From the IMG/VR virus record IMGVR_UViG_3300045988_101705: 34,706 nt of DNA, one strand, 5' to 3'. A program made the position numbers and the translations under genes. The notes below the pieces were generated by a model, which worked only from the letters and a program-made list of their open reading frames with translations, had not been told where the DNA came from and made no database searches. Every line of letters starts with the position of its first letter. The first letter of the stretch is position 1. The stretch comes from a virus. Shown in pieces: positions 23,664 to 32,668 of this stretch.

Positions 23664-23926
23664 TATCTGTTCCCTACTCTCTGCCCTGCGTACACTTCGA
23701 TCTTGTCGTTTGCTTTCGGGCCATACGTCCGGTACACCGTCAAGCGCTCCGAACCGTACAGAACGACGTCTTGACCGGTGTATTCGTTCGCGAAAACCTC
23801 AAACATATAGCGGGCTTTCATTCCCTTTTCACCTGCTGCCGCGTATTCATCACGGCCGATCGGGTTCACTGTCGCGAAAATCTTCACTTTCACGTCTTCT
23901 TCGCGGGTTTCTCCCTGATCTATCAA
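23663..23926 (-). CDS. Head-tail adaptor / head closure protein (87 aa)
   Basis: Synteny and size. Confidence 0.5.
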   Translation of the reverse strand: MIDQGETREEDVKVKIFATVNPIGRDEYAAAGEKGMKARYMFEVFANEYTGQDVVLYGSERLTVYRTYGPKANDKIEVYAGQRVGNR

Positions 23927-23931
23927 TGTTA

Positions 23932-24222
23932 TTACTGCGTCGATCTGTACTCACCGCCTTTTATTTTGGTTAAGATCATGTTGTAACTGTTCATTAACCG
24001 TTCGTGGTTTGCGTCCATGCTATAATTTGCCTTGACATAAGTTAGAACGGCTTCAATTATCAACGGATCTTCCGGGGCTTTCAGGTATTCTTCCGCGACA
24101 CCTATTCTTTTCAGGTCTGCCAGTGCAAAGTCAACGTAACGGAAAATGTCTTCGTCCAGTTCGTCCGTTGACATTTTCCGCGTTCGTAACTTTGCGGCCG
24201 CCTTTAACTCGTCAATCGTCAT
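23932..24222 (-). CDS. gp6-like head-tail connector (96 aa)
   Basis: The N-terminus MTIDELKAAAKLR...DEDI is typical of gp6/QLRG connector proteins. Located directly after the capsid gene. Confidence 0.6.
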   Translation of the reverse strand: MTIDELKAAAKLRTRKMSTDELDEDIFRYVDFALADLKRIGVAEEYLKAPEDPLIIEAVLTYVKANYSMDANHERLMNSYNMILTKIKGGEYRSTQ

Positions 24223-24247
24223 AAGAAGCCGCCTTTCCTGTTATTGC

Positions 24248-25459
24248 TTACGCTGACGCCGGGCGTTTTACTCTGATGAAGCCATTGTGGGCCGCTACGG
24301 CACCGCCTGCGAAAATGTCCGCGCGGTATGCGATCTGTCCCTGCTTGAACTTATAATCAAGGGACTTTCTGGCGTCAATGTCGGAAAAGATCGCCATTTC
24401 GTAGTTGCTTAACGGTCCGTATGCCATGCAGTAAACGATCGCCTTTGTCTGCGTGTCTGTGACTGCTCCACAAGCGGAATTGATAACATACGGTACACCG
24501 TCGATCGTGCCGGTGTTTCCATGGTTCACAATGGTATAAACCTTTCTTCCCTGCTTGTCGCGAAGTTTCGCGAAGGCTTTCAGATCTCTTTTGTTCAGGA
24601 TCAGAACTGCAGCGTCTTCCACGTCCTCGTCGCCGCCGAAATCATAGATAATATCGTCCAGTGTTCCGTCGTCGATCGCTGTTTTTTCAAGATCGGTTGC
24701 CGGGTCGATAACCTGATCTTTTGTTTCTGTAGGGTTGTGGAAAATTCCTTTGAACTTTCCGGAAGTTCCGTCACCGATCAGGATCTGGCGGCTCATGTAT
24801 CTACGGATCGCCTTTGTTACGGATCCTTCCACTACGCCGTCATAGTCCGCGTTCGGAAGCTTAATCATTTCTTCCGGTTCCTCGGTGTATGCGGTGATCT
24901 TCTGTTTCTCGATCGTTACGTAGCCGAAAACGGGTTCTGTTGCGTTGTAGTCGCCGCCTTCTACGGTGCCGCCTGCTCCGTCGCCGTAGGACTTAACATA
25001 ACCCCTCTGGTATGTCTCGCCACCGTTTAACGGAATAGATGTTACGCGATCCACAAGGGAAGAAACGTCGTTAAAGGTTTCTTTCACATCTGCCGCGCTG
25101 TGTGTCGGTGTTACGGTCTGACTTACGGAAAGGGCGTTCTTTACGCCGAAGGTTTTCTTTGCGGAAAACTTGACTGCCTTTCCGTCTTTGATGTTCTGTC
25201 CGCGTTCCTCTCTGGCCTTGTCCTTTACTTCTTCGCCTTTTTCGCCGCCGGTCGGCTCTGCGCCGCCTTCTGCGTCTTTTGCGATACCGGCCAACTTCTC
25301 GCGGTTCTTTACGTCGTCCAGAATACCGGTGATCGTGGTTGCTTCTTCCAGAAGCGCGTCAAGGTCTTTTCCTGCTGCTGCCTGCGCCTGTGTGTTCAGG
25401 TCTTTCAGGCGATCTTTTAATTCTTTGACGCTCATTTTTACAAGATCTTCGTACTTCAT
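24248..25459 (-). CDS. Major capsid protein, HK97 fold, with N-terminal delta/scaffold domain (403 aa)
   Basis: Coiled-coil N-terminus, size, and position after the ClpP-type protease. Confidence 0.85.
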   Translation of the reverse strand: MKYEDLVKMSVKELKDRLKDLNTQAQAAAGKDLDALLEEATTITGILDDVKNREKLAGIAKDAEGGAEPTGGEKGEEVKDKAREERGQNIKDGKAVKFSAKKTFGVKNALSVSQTVTPTHSAADVKETFNDVSSLVDRVTSIPLNGGETYQRGYVKSYGDGAGGTVEGGDYNATEPVFGYVTIEKQKITAYTEEPEEMIKLPNADYDGVVEGSVTKAIRRYMSRQILIGDGTSGKFKGIFHNPTETKDQVIDPATDLEKTAIDDGTLDDIIYDFGGDEDVEDAAVLILNKRDLKAFAKLRDKQGRKVYTIVNHGNTGTIDGVPYVINSACGAVTDTQTKAIVYCMAYGPLSNYEMAIFSDIDARKSLDYKFKQGQIAYRADIFAGGAVAAHNGFIRVKRPASA

Positions 25460-25462
25460 GTT

Positions 25463-26221
25463 TTATTCTCCTTCCATAATTGCTTTGACAGCAAGATCGC
25501 GGATCTCCTGTCTTTTTCTCGCGGCTGCTTCCTCTGCTGCCTGCTGCTCCGGATCGTGTCCGTCCTTTGCGATTTTTAATTTTTCCGGGACCTTGCAGCG
25601 GGCTTTCTTCATGTAGTCCCCGACTGCTGCCGCGTATTCCTTCGCTTCCGTGGTCTTTACCTCGAAATATTCCGCGGCTTTTTCCCCATTTAACCAACTT
25701 TCGGCGTCCATTAACGCTTCGATCTGGTCGATTGTTACACCTTCTTTCAGGTGTTCGGCGTATATGTTCAAAATTCCGGTTCTGATCTGGTCCAGATCGT
25801 CGGCCATTTTTCGCATATCTGCCGCGTTGCCTTCGCAATAACTCCACGGGTTATGGATCATTAAGAAGGCGTTTGAAGGAATTTCCGGTGGTTCGCTTCC
25901 TGCGAACGCAAGGATCGAAGCGATTGAACCGGCCAGACCGTCAACATAGACTTTTACGTTCGCTTTTGCTGCGTGGCGCTTAATCATGTTATAGATCGCG
26001 ATCCCGGCAAATACGGAACCGCCGCCGGAATTAACGTAAACGTTCAGATCTTTTCCTTCCTGCTCCGAAAGGAAATTCTTGATCGCGTCCGGGTACTGGT
26101 CTTCGTCTTGCCATGCTCCCCACCAGTCGGAAACAATGTCACCGTAGAAATACAGATCCGCGCTTGTCTCCGTTTGATTTTTAAAAGTAAAACCTTTAAG
26201 TGTTGGCATTTCTTTTTTCAC
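25463..26221 (-). CDS. ClpP-family prohead maturation protease (252 aa)
   Basis: VNSGGGSVFAGIAIYNMI...VDGLAGSIASILAFAG...MIHNPW. Confidence 0.85.
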   Translation of the reverse strand: MKKEMPTLKGFTFKNQTETSADLYFYGDIVSDWWGAWQDEDQYPDAIKNFLSEQEGKDLNVYVNSGGGSVFAGIAIYNMIKRHAAKANVKVYVDGLAGSIASILAFAGSEPPEIPSNAFLMIHNPWSYCEGNAADMRKMADDLDQIRTGILNIYAEHLKEGVTIDQIEALMDAESWLNGEKAAEYFEVKTTEAKEYAAAVGDYMKKARCKVPEKLKIAKDGHDPEQQAAEEAAARKRQEIRDLAVKAIMEGE

Positions 26222-27485
26222 CGCCTTTCATAATCACCGGCACGAACATTTTCAAAATTTGAATTGCCGTCGCCGCCTGCTGCCCTTCACCTGCTGCCGG
26301 CGGTTCTTCGGATCCGGATCCGGGACCTGCGCCGCCGTTTGCCTGTCCTGTCTGGTAAAGGCTTTGATCGTCTGCCTTCACATAGTTCAGACTTACCATT
26401 CTCACGTCACCGTCTTCGATCGGCTCATAATACATTAGTTCCCTGTATTCGTTGATCGTGATAATTCCGCGGTCGTACAGGGTAGAACCGATCGTGGCTC
26501 TTGTCTGTAACGTCGCGTATTGCAGCCGGTTAGAAGTGAAAATGATTTTGTTTCCGAAGCCGCGTTCGCGCTCTGTTAATAACTTGAAAGTAAATTCAAG
26601 GGATAACTGCAGGGCGATCGGCTCGATCACGCTTTCATAAAAGGCGTTCCACTCCGCTTCTGTGAACTTTGACATTAAAATGTTTTCATTCACGTTGTAA
26701 TAGCGGTATAGGTTGTCACGTAAATACTGGCTTTGTATCGTCGGAATGTTCGGCGTTCTCTGCGTGATTTCGTGAAACTCCATGGTATTATCAAGGCCGC
26801 CTATGCCGCCGTCGTTTTCGGCGCTCATGTATGCCGCCTGAAACTCCTGAACCTTCTTTTTCAGTTCGTCTTCGTCTGCGAAGTTGTTGTATTTCAGGTA
26901 GCCTTTTAAGTTTGCCGAATTTTTCACGGTATTTTTCAAGGCTTGCCCGGTGGCGTCCAGTAATTCAAGGGTTGTCTGTATCGCCTGATCCGGCGGTGTA
27001 CCTATAAAGCGTTTTTTACTGAACCGGGCGCGAATATGGATCACGCTCTGATATGGCAATACATACGTTTTCCCGTCGTAGTCCCAAGTGAACCGGAATA
27101 AAATATTTCCGTCGTCGTCTTCATAGATCCGGAAGGAAGACACCGTAAGCGGTACGATCTGTTTTACCTTCGTGAAGTCCTCGTTATACATCACCGCCGC
27201 GAAGGCGTTCGACTTTCTAACCAGTGTCGCCGCCATTTTGTAAAGTGCGTCGTATGCTGATAACTCCGGCGCCCACCTCAAAGAAAGAAGGCGGGCCAGA
27301 TAGTCGTCTTTTATTGTCATTCCGCGGGCGTCTTTTCTCATAACCTGCGGCGTTAATTTCGCCACGTTTACCGCTATGCAATTTTCGATAGATCCTATAA
27401 TGTCGCTATCGTCCAGACCGCCCCCGGCTGAATATTCACCGCGGATCGTGAAGATCGGGCTATACTTGAAACGCCTATAATTCAA
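26196..27485 (-). CDS. Portal protein (HK97 family, about 429 aa), start uncertain
   Basis: Size and position between TerL and the protease. The track start is a TTG with no SD. The frame is open 10 codons further upstream, behind a GGGGGGTGA SD-like run. Confidence 0.8.
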   Translation of the reverse strand: MNYRRFKYSPIFTIRGEYSAGGGLDDSDIIGSIENCIAVNVAKLTPQVMRKDARGMTIKDDYLARLLSLRWAPELSAYDALYKMAATLVRKSNAFAAVMYNEDFTKVKQIVPLTVSSFRIYEDDDGNILFRFTWDYDGKTYVLPYQSVIHIRARFSKKRFIGTPPDQAIQTTLELLDATGQALKNTVKNSANLKGYLKYNNFADEDELKKKVQEFQAAYMSAENDGGIGGLDNTMEFHEITQRTPNIPTIQSQYLRDNLYRYYNVNENILMSKFTEAEWNAFYESVIEPIALQLSLEFTFKLLTERERGFGNKIIFTSNRLQYATLQTRATIGSTLYDRGIITINEYRELMYYEPIEDGDVRMVSLNYVKADDQSLYQTGQANGGAGPGSGSEEPPAAGEGQQAATAIQILKMFVPVIMKGGEKRNANT

Positions 27486-27562
27486 AAAATCTTTTATAAT
27501 TCCCGTTTGTCTTCACCCCCCTGTTCTTCGTCCTGTAATTCCGGTTAAATTTCCATGCTTCA

Positions 27563-27604
27563 ATCGTACAAAAAAAGATCGTGAAATTCTGACCTACTTT
27601 CAGG
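27563..27604 (-). promoter_or_regulatory. Candidate late promoter copy b (18-nt motif + 19 nt + TACGAT) upstream of the portal gene
   Basis: Minus strand reads CCTGAAAGTAGGTCAGAA-TTTCACGATCTTTTTTTG-TACGAT. Confidence 0.45.
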
Positions 27605-27606
27605 CA

Positions 27607-27633
27607 GCAAAAAAGAAGGCCGAAGCCCTCTTT
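27607..27633 (-). terminator. Rho-independent terminator directly after terL
   Basis: Minus strand reads AAGAGGGC-TTCG-GCCTTCTT followed by a T run. Confidence 0.6.
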
Positions 27634-29310
27634 TTACGCTGCGTTTGTAAGTTGTCTCCCGATCTCTTTGTGGAATTTCATTTTCACGGTCAACGCGTCG
27701 AAGATTGACACGGCGCCGTCTATGTGTGCGCGCTTTTCCAGTTTTACCGGCTTCATGCGGCTGTCGTTTATGTTAATATCAACGGCCACGTTCAAAAGGT
27801 GCGCGCGAAGAAGATTATTTTCGCCCAGACAGTACGCCCCGTCTTTCAAGTCACCTTCAAAGGTATGTAATACCGGTGTAAGGTTTGTTCCCTGATATAC
27901 GTCGTCCATGTGAAAGCCCGCTTCTTTCATTTCCTGCACCAGATAGCCCGCACAATAACGGTCATAGCCTACTTTTAACGGTTTGATCTTGTAAACCTTT
28001 ACAAGTTCAATAAACCAGTTAAACACGTCTTTGTAGTCCACCTGATGTTCTCCGGATATTTTCAAGAAGCCTTGCTGTTCAAAAATGTTGTACGGAACAT
28101 TTTCTTCGTTGATCGCCACTTTGAAGCGTTCCCGCGGCATGAAGAATTTTGTAATAACATAGTTCTTCCCGTCCTTTTCGATAATGAGCGAAGCGGCCGT
28201 AAGGTCCGTCGTTCTGGAAAGGTCAATTCCTGCCACGCAATAGCACCCGCGGAAGTCTTCAAGGGTGAAGTGCTGTCCTGCTGCCTTTTCTACGTCCACA
28301 TAGTCAAGCCATGCAATCGAAGAATTTTGTTTGATATTGCAGAACTTTGTCAAGAACTCTGCTTTTGCTGCAAGTGATTTCTTTGCGACTGCGATCTTGT
28401 CTTCGTAGTATTCCCACAATACAGAAACGCCCAAGTTCGGGTTTGACTTCTCCAATTCTTCGCGGGTGTCCCACTTTTCCACGTCGTCAATGATAAACAG
28501 GAACGGAAGAAGGCGTTTTTCCGTGTCGCCCTTTCCTCTGCCTTTCAGGAACGCCGTTGATCGCTTCATAAGTTCGTCATAAATGCCGTCGTTCTCATAT
28601 CCTGCAGTGGACGTTGACAAAATAAGCGGTTGTTTTCTGGCTCCCAGTGCCGACGCCATAACGTCGTATTGTTTCAAGCCCTGATCGCCCGGCCATGCTT
28701 CCATTTCGTCGTTTAGAACAAAGTGTGGGTTGAAACCGTCGGACTTTTTAGAGTTGAACGCGATCTTCTTTATGGTTGTGTTGAACTCCTGAATATAAAT
28801 ATCCGAACGGCGTTTCTTGCTAATCTCGGAAAGTTCTTCGTCCTGCTGCACAATCTGGTAAAATGCGTCGTATGCAAGATCGGCCTGCTCCAATTTCGGG
28901 GCCAGACAGTACAGTTTCGCGCCGTATTCTCCGTCTATATATGCCATGTATGCCATGATCGCGGCGGCGAATAGGGTTTTACCGTTCTTTCTTGCAACTA
29001 CCAGAAAAACTTCCCTGAATTGCCGGTACCCGGTGTTTTTGTCCAGAATACCGAAGATCGCGGAAACGATCGCTTTCTGCCACAATTCCAACTTTAGAAG
29101 GTCGTTTCTGCCTTCTGAATGGTGACAGTAGTTTTCTATGAACTTGATCGCCTTGTTGGCCTTCTTTTGGTCGAAAACCCATTCCCCGTTCTTGATACCC
29201 TCAACCAGAATTTTATAGATCGCTTTGATCCATTTACCGGCCCGAATACGCCCCGACGTGATCGCGTCGTGGTATTCAAAAATATAATTATGTGCCTGCT
29301 TATTCATCAC
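27634..29310 (-). CDS. terL: Terminase large subunit (558 aa)
   Basis: Size, position after terS, and a Walker-A-like VVARKNGKT. Confidence 0.9.
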   Translation of the reverse strand: MMNKQAHNYIFEYHDAITSGRIRAGKWIKAIYKILVEGIKNGEWVFDQKKANKAIKFIENYCHHSEGRNDLLKLELWQKAIVSAIFGILDKNTGYRQFREVFLVVARKNGKTLFAAAIMAYMAYIDGEYGAKLYCLAPKLEQADLAYDAFYQIVQQDEELSEISKKRRSDIYIQEFNTTIKKIAFNSKKSDGFNPHFVLNDEMEAWPGDQGLKQYDVMASALGARKQPLILSTSTAGYENDGIYDELMKRSTAFLKGRGKGDTEKRLLPFLFIIDDVEKWDTREELEKSNPNLGVSVLWEYYEDKIAVAKKSLAAKAEFLTKFCNIKQNSSIAWLDYVDVEKAAGQHFTLEDFRGCYCVAGIDLSRTTDLTAASLIIEKDGKNYVITKFFMPRERFKVAINEENVPYNIFEQQGFLKISGEHQVDYKDVFNWFIELVKVYKIKPLKVGYDRYCAGYLVQEMKEAGFHMDDVYQGTNLTPVLHTFEGDLKDGAYCLGENNLLRAHLLNVAVDININDSRMKPVKLEKRAHIDGAVSIFDALTVKMKFHKEIGRQLTNAA

Positions 29311-29689
29311 GAAGCGCCGCCAATTTTGAAACTTTTTTCTTCTCTTTTGGCGGTAAATATTCGATCAACTGGTTAATAATTTGGGTATATTGCCGCGCGT
29401 ATTTTTCATAAATTGCCGTTGAAGGGTGGGCTTTTATGAATTTCTGCGAAGCGTTTTTCGTTTCGGTTGTCAGGCCTTCTTTTTTCAATTCTGTTTTGGC
29501 CTGCAGAAGTGCGACTTTCAGGAAGGCCGCTTCGTCAATCACTGAATTTACAAGGGTTCGCCGGTCCTCGTCTTCGATCCCCGCGAACATTTCAGAAAGT
29601 TTTGCTTTCTCTTTCTTTATCCTTCCTTCTGTCAGATAATTAGTTCTTTTTTGTGGTTTGTTTTTCGTTGTCGTCGTATTTTCTGGCAT
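29300..29689 (-). CDS. terS: Terminase small subunit (P27 family-like, 129 aa)
   Basis: Position between the HNH and terL genes, with a helical, basic N-terminus. SD AGAAGGGGGG. Confidence 0.7.
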   Translation of the reverse strand: MPENTTTTKNKPQKRTNYLTEGRIKKEKAKLSEMFAGIEDEDRRTLVNSVIDEAAFLKVALLQAKTELKKEGLTTETKNASQKFIKAHPSTAIYEKYARQYTQIINQLIEYLPPKEKKKVSKLAALRDE

Positions 29690-29814
29690 ATTTTAACCCC
29701 CCTTCTATGTGCGCGCGACTTGCAGAGTTTTTTTGACCTCACTCCCTCGGTTCTCTTTGGAAGGCCCGAAATAGAAATACCGGGGGGGTGGGGTTCGTGG
29801 AATGGAAAAATATT

Positions 29815-30138
29815 TTATTTGCTTTCGATCAAATTTCCTTTTGCGTCGAACGTGTAGCGCTTCGCCTTCGCCTTGTGCTGTCTGTTGTGGTGTTCATCAC
29901 ATAACAGTTCCAAGTTATCGAAGGACAACGCCACCGCCGGATCGTTTATGTTCTCCGGTGTCAATTCTTTTTTGTGGTGAACTATTATTCCGGGGTTGAT
30001 GTCTTCAACCCTTCGCGCTCCGGCCAGAACTTCGGCCATGCAACGTTCACACCTGCCGCACTGGAACCGGTAATATGCGTCGCGTGTCTTTCTCCACTCC
30101 TTCGACGTATAGAAACCGTTTGTCCATTCTTTCGCCAT
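29815..30138 (-). CDS. HNH endonuclease (packaging-associated, 107 aa)
   Basis: CGRCERC...IIVHHKKEL...NLELLCDEHHNRQH. Start MAKEW is preceded by GAAGGTGA. Confidence 0.85.
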   Translation of the reverse strand: MAKEWTNGFYTSKEWRKTRDAYYRFQCGRCERCMAEVLAGARRVEDINPGIIVHHKKELTPENINDPAVALSFDNLELLCDEHHNRQHKAKAKRYTFDAKGNLIESK

Positions 30139-30154
30139 TCGTTCACCTTCTTTC

Positions 30155-30196
30155 ATTCTATCCAACGGCGCCGGCCTTTTCTGACCTACTTTCCTG
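30155..30196 (-). promoter_or_regulatory. Candidate late promoter copy c (18-nt motif + 19 nt + TAGAAT) upstream of the HNH gene
   Basis: Minus strand reads CAGGAAAGTAGGTCAGAA-AAGGCCGGCGCCGTTGGA-TAGAAT. Confidence 0.5.
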
Positions 30197-30551
30197 GCGC
30201 CTGCTGCCTGCTGCCGCCTTCTGGTTCTATGATCTCCATGTGTACCGCTATCAGATAACAGAACTCCTTCCGGTATTCGTAGAACAACCGGCGGCAACAA
30301 TACGTTTCCCCTAACAGCTCCCAAGGTGTGTTATATAACAGGCTTGTGTATAGTTTGTCGATAATGTGGCGCCGGACCTCTGGATCTGTTCCTTCCAGTG
30401 GCAATTCCTTTTTTGCTGCCTTTATCGCTTCCGCTGCCTTTCTGTCGAAGTCTGTATGTTTGCCCGCCCTGCGCCTGCTCTGCCGCTTCTGGTCGCCGTG
30501 AACGATCGCTTTTACTATTTTCTTTGTGTCTTCGTCTATCGTGTGCGCCAA
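30186..30551 (-). CDS. Hypothetical protein, positional candidate for a late-gene transcriptional activator (121 aa)
   Basis: It occupies the slot just upstream of the HNH/terminase genes where RinA/ArpU-type activators sit in Firmicutes phages. No motif was recognised with confidence. Confidence 0.3.
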   Translation of the reverse strand: MAHTIDEDTKKIVKAIVHGDQKRQSRRRAGKHTDFDRKAAEAIKAAKKELPLEGTDPEVRRHIIDKLYTSLLYNTPWELLGETYCCRRLFYEYRKEFCYLIAVHMEIIEPEGGSRQQAPGK

Positions 30552-30578
30552 CCGTGGCGGCCCCCTTTCCCTGTGTGT

Positions 30579-31154
30579 TTATACTATCTCTGTACCTTCA
30601 AGGTACTTCCAGAACTCCGCTTCTGTTTCCCCGTCCGAAGTTCTTCTTCCTGCCATAAGATAACAACAATCATTTCCCCAGTACACGAACGGGGCTTCCG
30701 GACTTATTGCACACGGTCCGAACGGCTCCGTTTCTCCGTTTTCGTAGTCAATAGATTTCAGGTCGATCAGATCCAGAAACATTTCTGACACCGCGCAAAC
30801 GTTCCCTTTCTCTGCCTGTAAGATCCGGATCAATGTTTTTCCCTGCTGCTGCATGATGTTCGTTACTCTATAATCTATCGTGCAACGTTTGAAGGCTTCC
30901 GGAAGATTGAAGATCTCTTTCTGTTCAATTTCGTACTGGTTCCCGAAGTCTTTTTCTGCTTTGAATACTTCACCGACTGCCGGAAGTTCGCCGCATAATT
31001 CAATAACGGCCGCTTTGGCTTCTTTCGGGAACATTCCCGCTTTGAACCATAAAACCCACCAACCGGAAGAAAGGTAATAGCCTTCTTCCTCTTCGTCTGT
31101 TTCCGGCGTATGCCCTACCGTAAGGCCTGCGCCTGTGTATGCTGATTTCAACAT
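30579..31154 (-). CDS. Hypothetical protein (191 aa)
   Basis: ORF track entry. Confidence 0.55.
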   Translation of the reverse strand: MLKSAYTGAGLTVGHTPETDEEEEGYYLSSGWWVLWFKAGMFPKEAKAAVIELCGELPAVGEVFKAEKDFGNQYEIEQKEIFNLPEAFKRCTIDYRVTNIMQQQGKTLIRILQAEKGNVCAVSEMFLDLIDLKSIDYENGETEPFGPCAISPEAPFVYWGNDCCYLMAGRRTSDGETEAEFWKYLEGTEIV

Positions 31155-31184
31155 TCTTTTCAGTACCGTTTTTTTTGAAGAACA

Positions 31185-31682
31185 TTATTTCTTCCCCCTC
31201 TCTTTGTTTGCTTTGAAGAACTGGCACTTTTCACACGGCGCCCAGTCTACGGCCACACCTTCGCAATATCCGCACATTTTGAAAGCGTGTTCACAATTCA
31301 CCAGATCAAACCCTTCCCCGCGGGCCAGATAATGCCGGATCACTTCGCGGGCCTGTTCTGCTCCGTATGCCACCGCCGTTTTGTAGCCCTGCTCCCGAAG
31401 AAGCGCCATAAACTCTTCTTGTGCTTTTGTGGTCTTCCCTTTCCCGAATTTCATTTCGATATACAGACCATGGAAGCCGCGGCGCGGAACTGGTAAAGAC
31501 AGATCCGGAACGCCTGTTTTCATTCCTGCCGCCTTCAATACCGGCCCATTTGTCCGGATCCCTTCGTTCGGTATGTGGTGAAGAAGCCGTAATTCCGGAA
31601 CGTATTCTTCGTTCGCTCTGGCCCAGTTTATAAGGCCGATCTGTTCCGTTGTCTCGGAACGTTTCATGTTTGCAAGGTTCAT
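31185..31682 (-). CDS. VRR-NUC domain nuclease (165 aa)
   Basis: GVPDLSLPVPRRGFHGLYIEMKFGKGKTTKAQEEF matches the VRR-NUC PD-(D/E)xK core. A Cys-rich C-terminal tail follows. Start at MNLANM with SD AAGGGAGAAAAGG. Confidence 0.65.
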   Translation of the reverse strand: MNLANMKRSETTEQIGLINWARANEEYVPELRLLHHIPNEGIRTNGPVLKAAGMKTGVPDLSLPVPRRGFHGLYIEMKFGKGKTTKAQEEFMALLREQGYKTAVAYGAEQAREVIRHYLARGEGFDLVNCEHAFKMCGYCEGVAVDWAPCEKCQFFKANKERGKK

Positions 31683-31702
31683 TTTCCTTTTCTCCCTTCG
31701 TT

Positions 31703-32668
31703 TCAATTCCGCACCATGCGGGCGTATATGTAAAAGGCCGCCGTAACTCCGTTGTATTTCACTTCGGCGTCAAGGAATTTATAACCCGGATAGGCCTTTT
31801 CCATTTCGGCTTTTAATGCTTCGTAATCGTGGGCCATGCGCTCAACGGTCCTTTTTTTGAACTTTGAATAACTTCTGGTAGGTTCTTTCGGTTTTACAAG
31901 GTTCTTTGAACCTCTCCATTTTCTCTTCCCCTTCCTGTTGTTCATCATGTATGTAGCAACGCCCGAAAGAAGAAAGTCTTTATCTGGCTTTATGCGGCGG
32001 GTGTTGGATCTTTCCCCTTTTGTCCACAATCCTTCTAATTCGTCCCGGTTTATCCCCTGCCCCGTCATGATAATGTGGACGTGCGGGTGTTCTGCTCCGT
32101 CTACCACTGGAATAATTAAATACTTGATATTCTCCCGGCCTGCCTTTTTCTGTCTGTAATTTATCTTGCGAATAAAGTTCGCTATATCTCGATCGGCTGC
32201 CGCTTCATCTGCCGGAATGTGTTCTTTGTCCCATGTGAACGTACACCATAGATCGTTTTCGCCGAAATTTATATTTGCAAGGCGTATAAAATAGCGTCTT
32301 GAATTTTTGTCATTCAGATTTTTTTGTGAAGGTTTGCTTTCTCTGCCCTTCTTCGTGTGTGGAACGTCCGCTTTGTGACAGAACGACGGGTAGATCTGCG
32401 CTTCCAGTAATTCCGATCCGCTTTGAAGGTTCTTCGCCTTCGTGGTTGTGGTTCTGTAAAGGCTTTCCACTTTCCCTTCTTTCAGTAGCCGTTCCAGTTC
32501 CCATTCTTTTAATTTCTCCTGCTGCTCTTTCCACTGCTCTTCATAGTCCGGAACCTGCGGCGGGTGTTCCTTCTCAAAATTCTTTCTTGCTTTTTTCTGT
32601 ATGTCGCGATCCAGATCCACCGGGAACGCTTCTTCATAGTCGTAATTATCGAATGTCTTTCTTTTCAT
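31703..32668 (-). CDS. HUH-type rolling-circle replication initiator-like protein (321 aa)
   Basis: AEHPHVHIIMTG (an HUH motif like Rep_1 HPHxHvL), with upstream LWCTFTWDK and downstream GVATYMMNNRK. Confidence 0.5.
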   Translation of the reverse strand: MKRKTFDNYDYEEAFPVDLDRDIQKKARKNFEKEHPPQVPDYEEQWKEQQEKLKEWELERLLKEGKVESLYRTTTTKAKNLQSGSELLEAQIYPSFCHKADVPHTKKGRESKPSQKNLNDKNSRRYFIRLANINFGENDLWCTFTWDKEHIPADEAAADRDIANFIRKINYRQKKAGRENIKYLIIPVVDGAEHPHVHIIMTGQGINRDELEGLWTKGERSNTRRIKPDKDFLLSGVATYMMNNRKGKRKWRGSKNLVKPKEPTRSYSKFKKRTVERMAHDYEALKAEMEKAYPGYKFLDAEVKYNGVTAAFYIYARMVRN

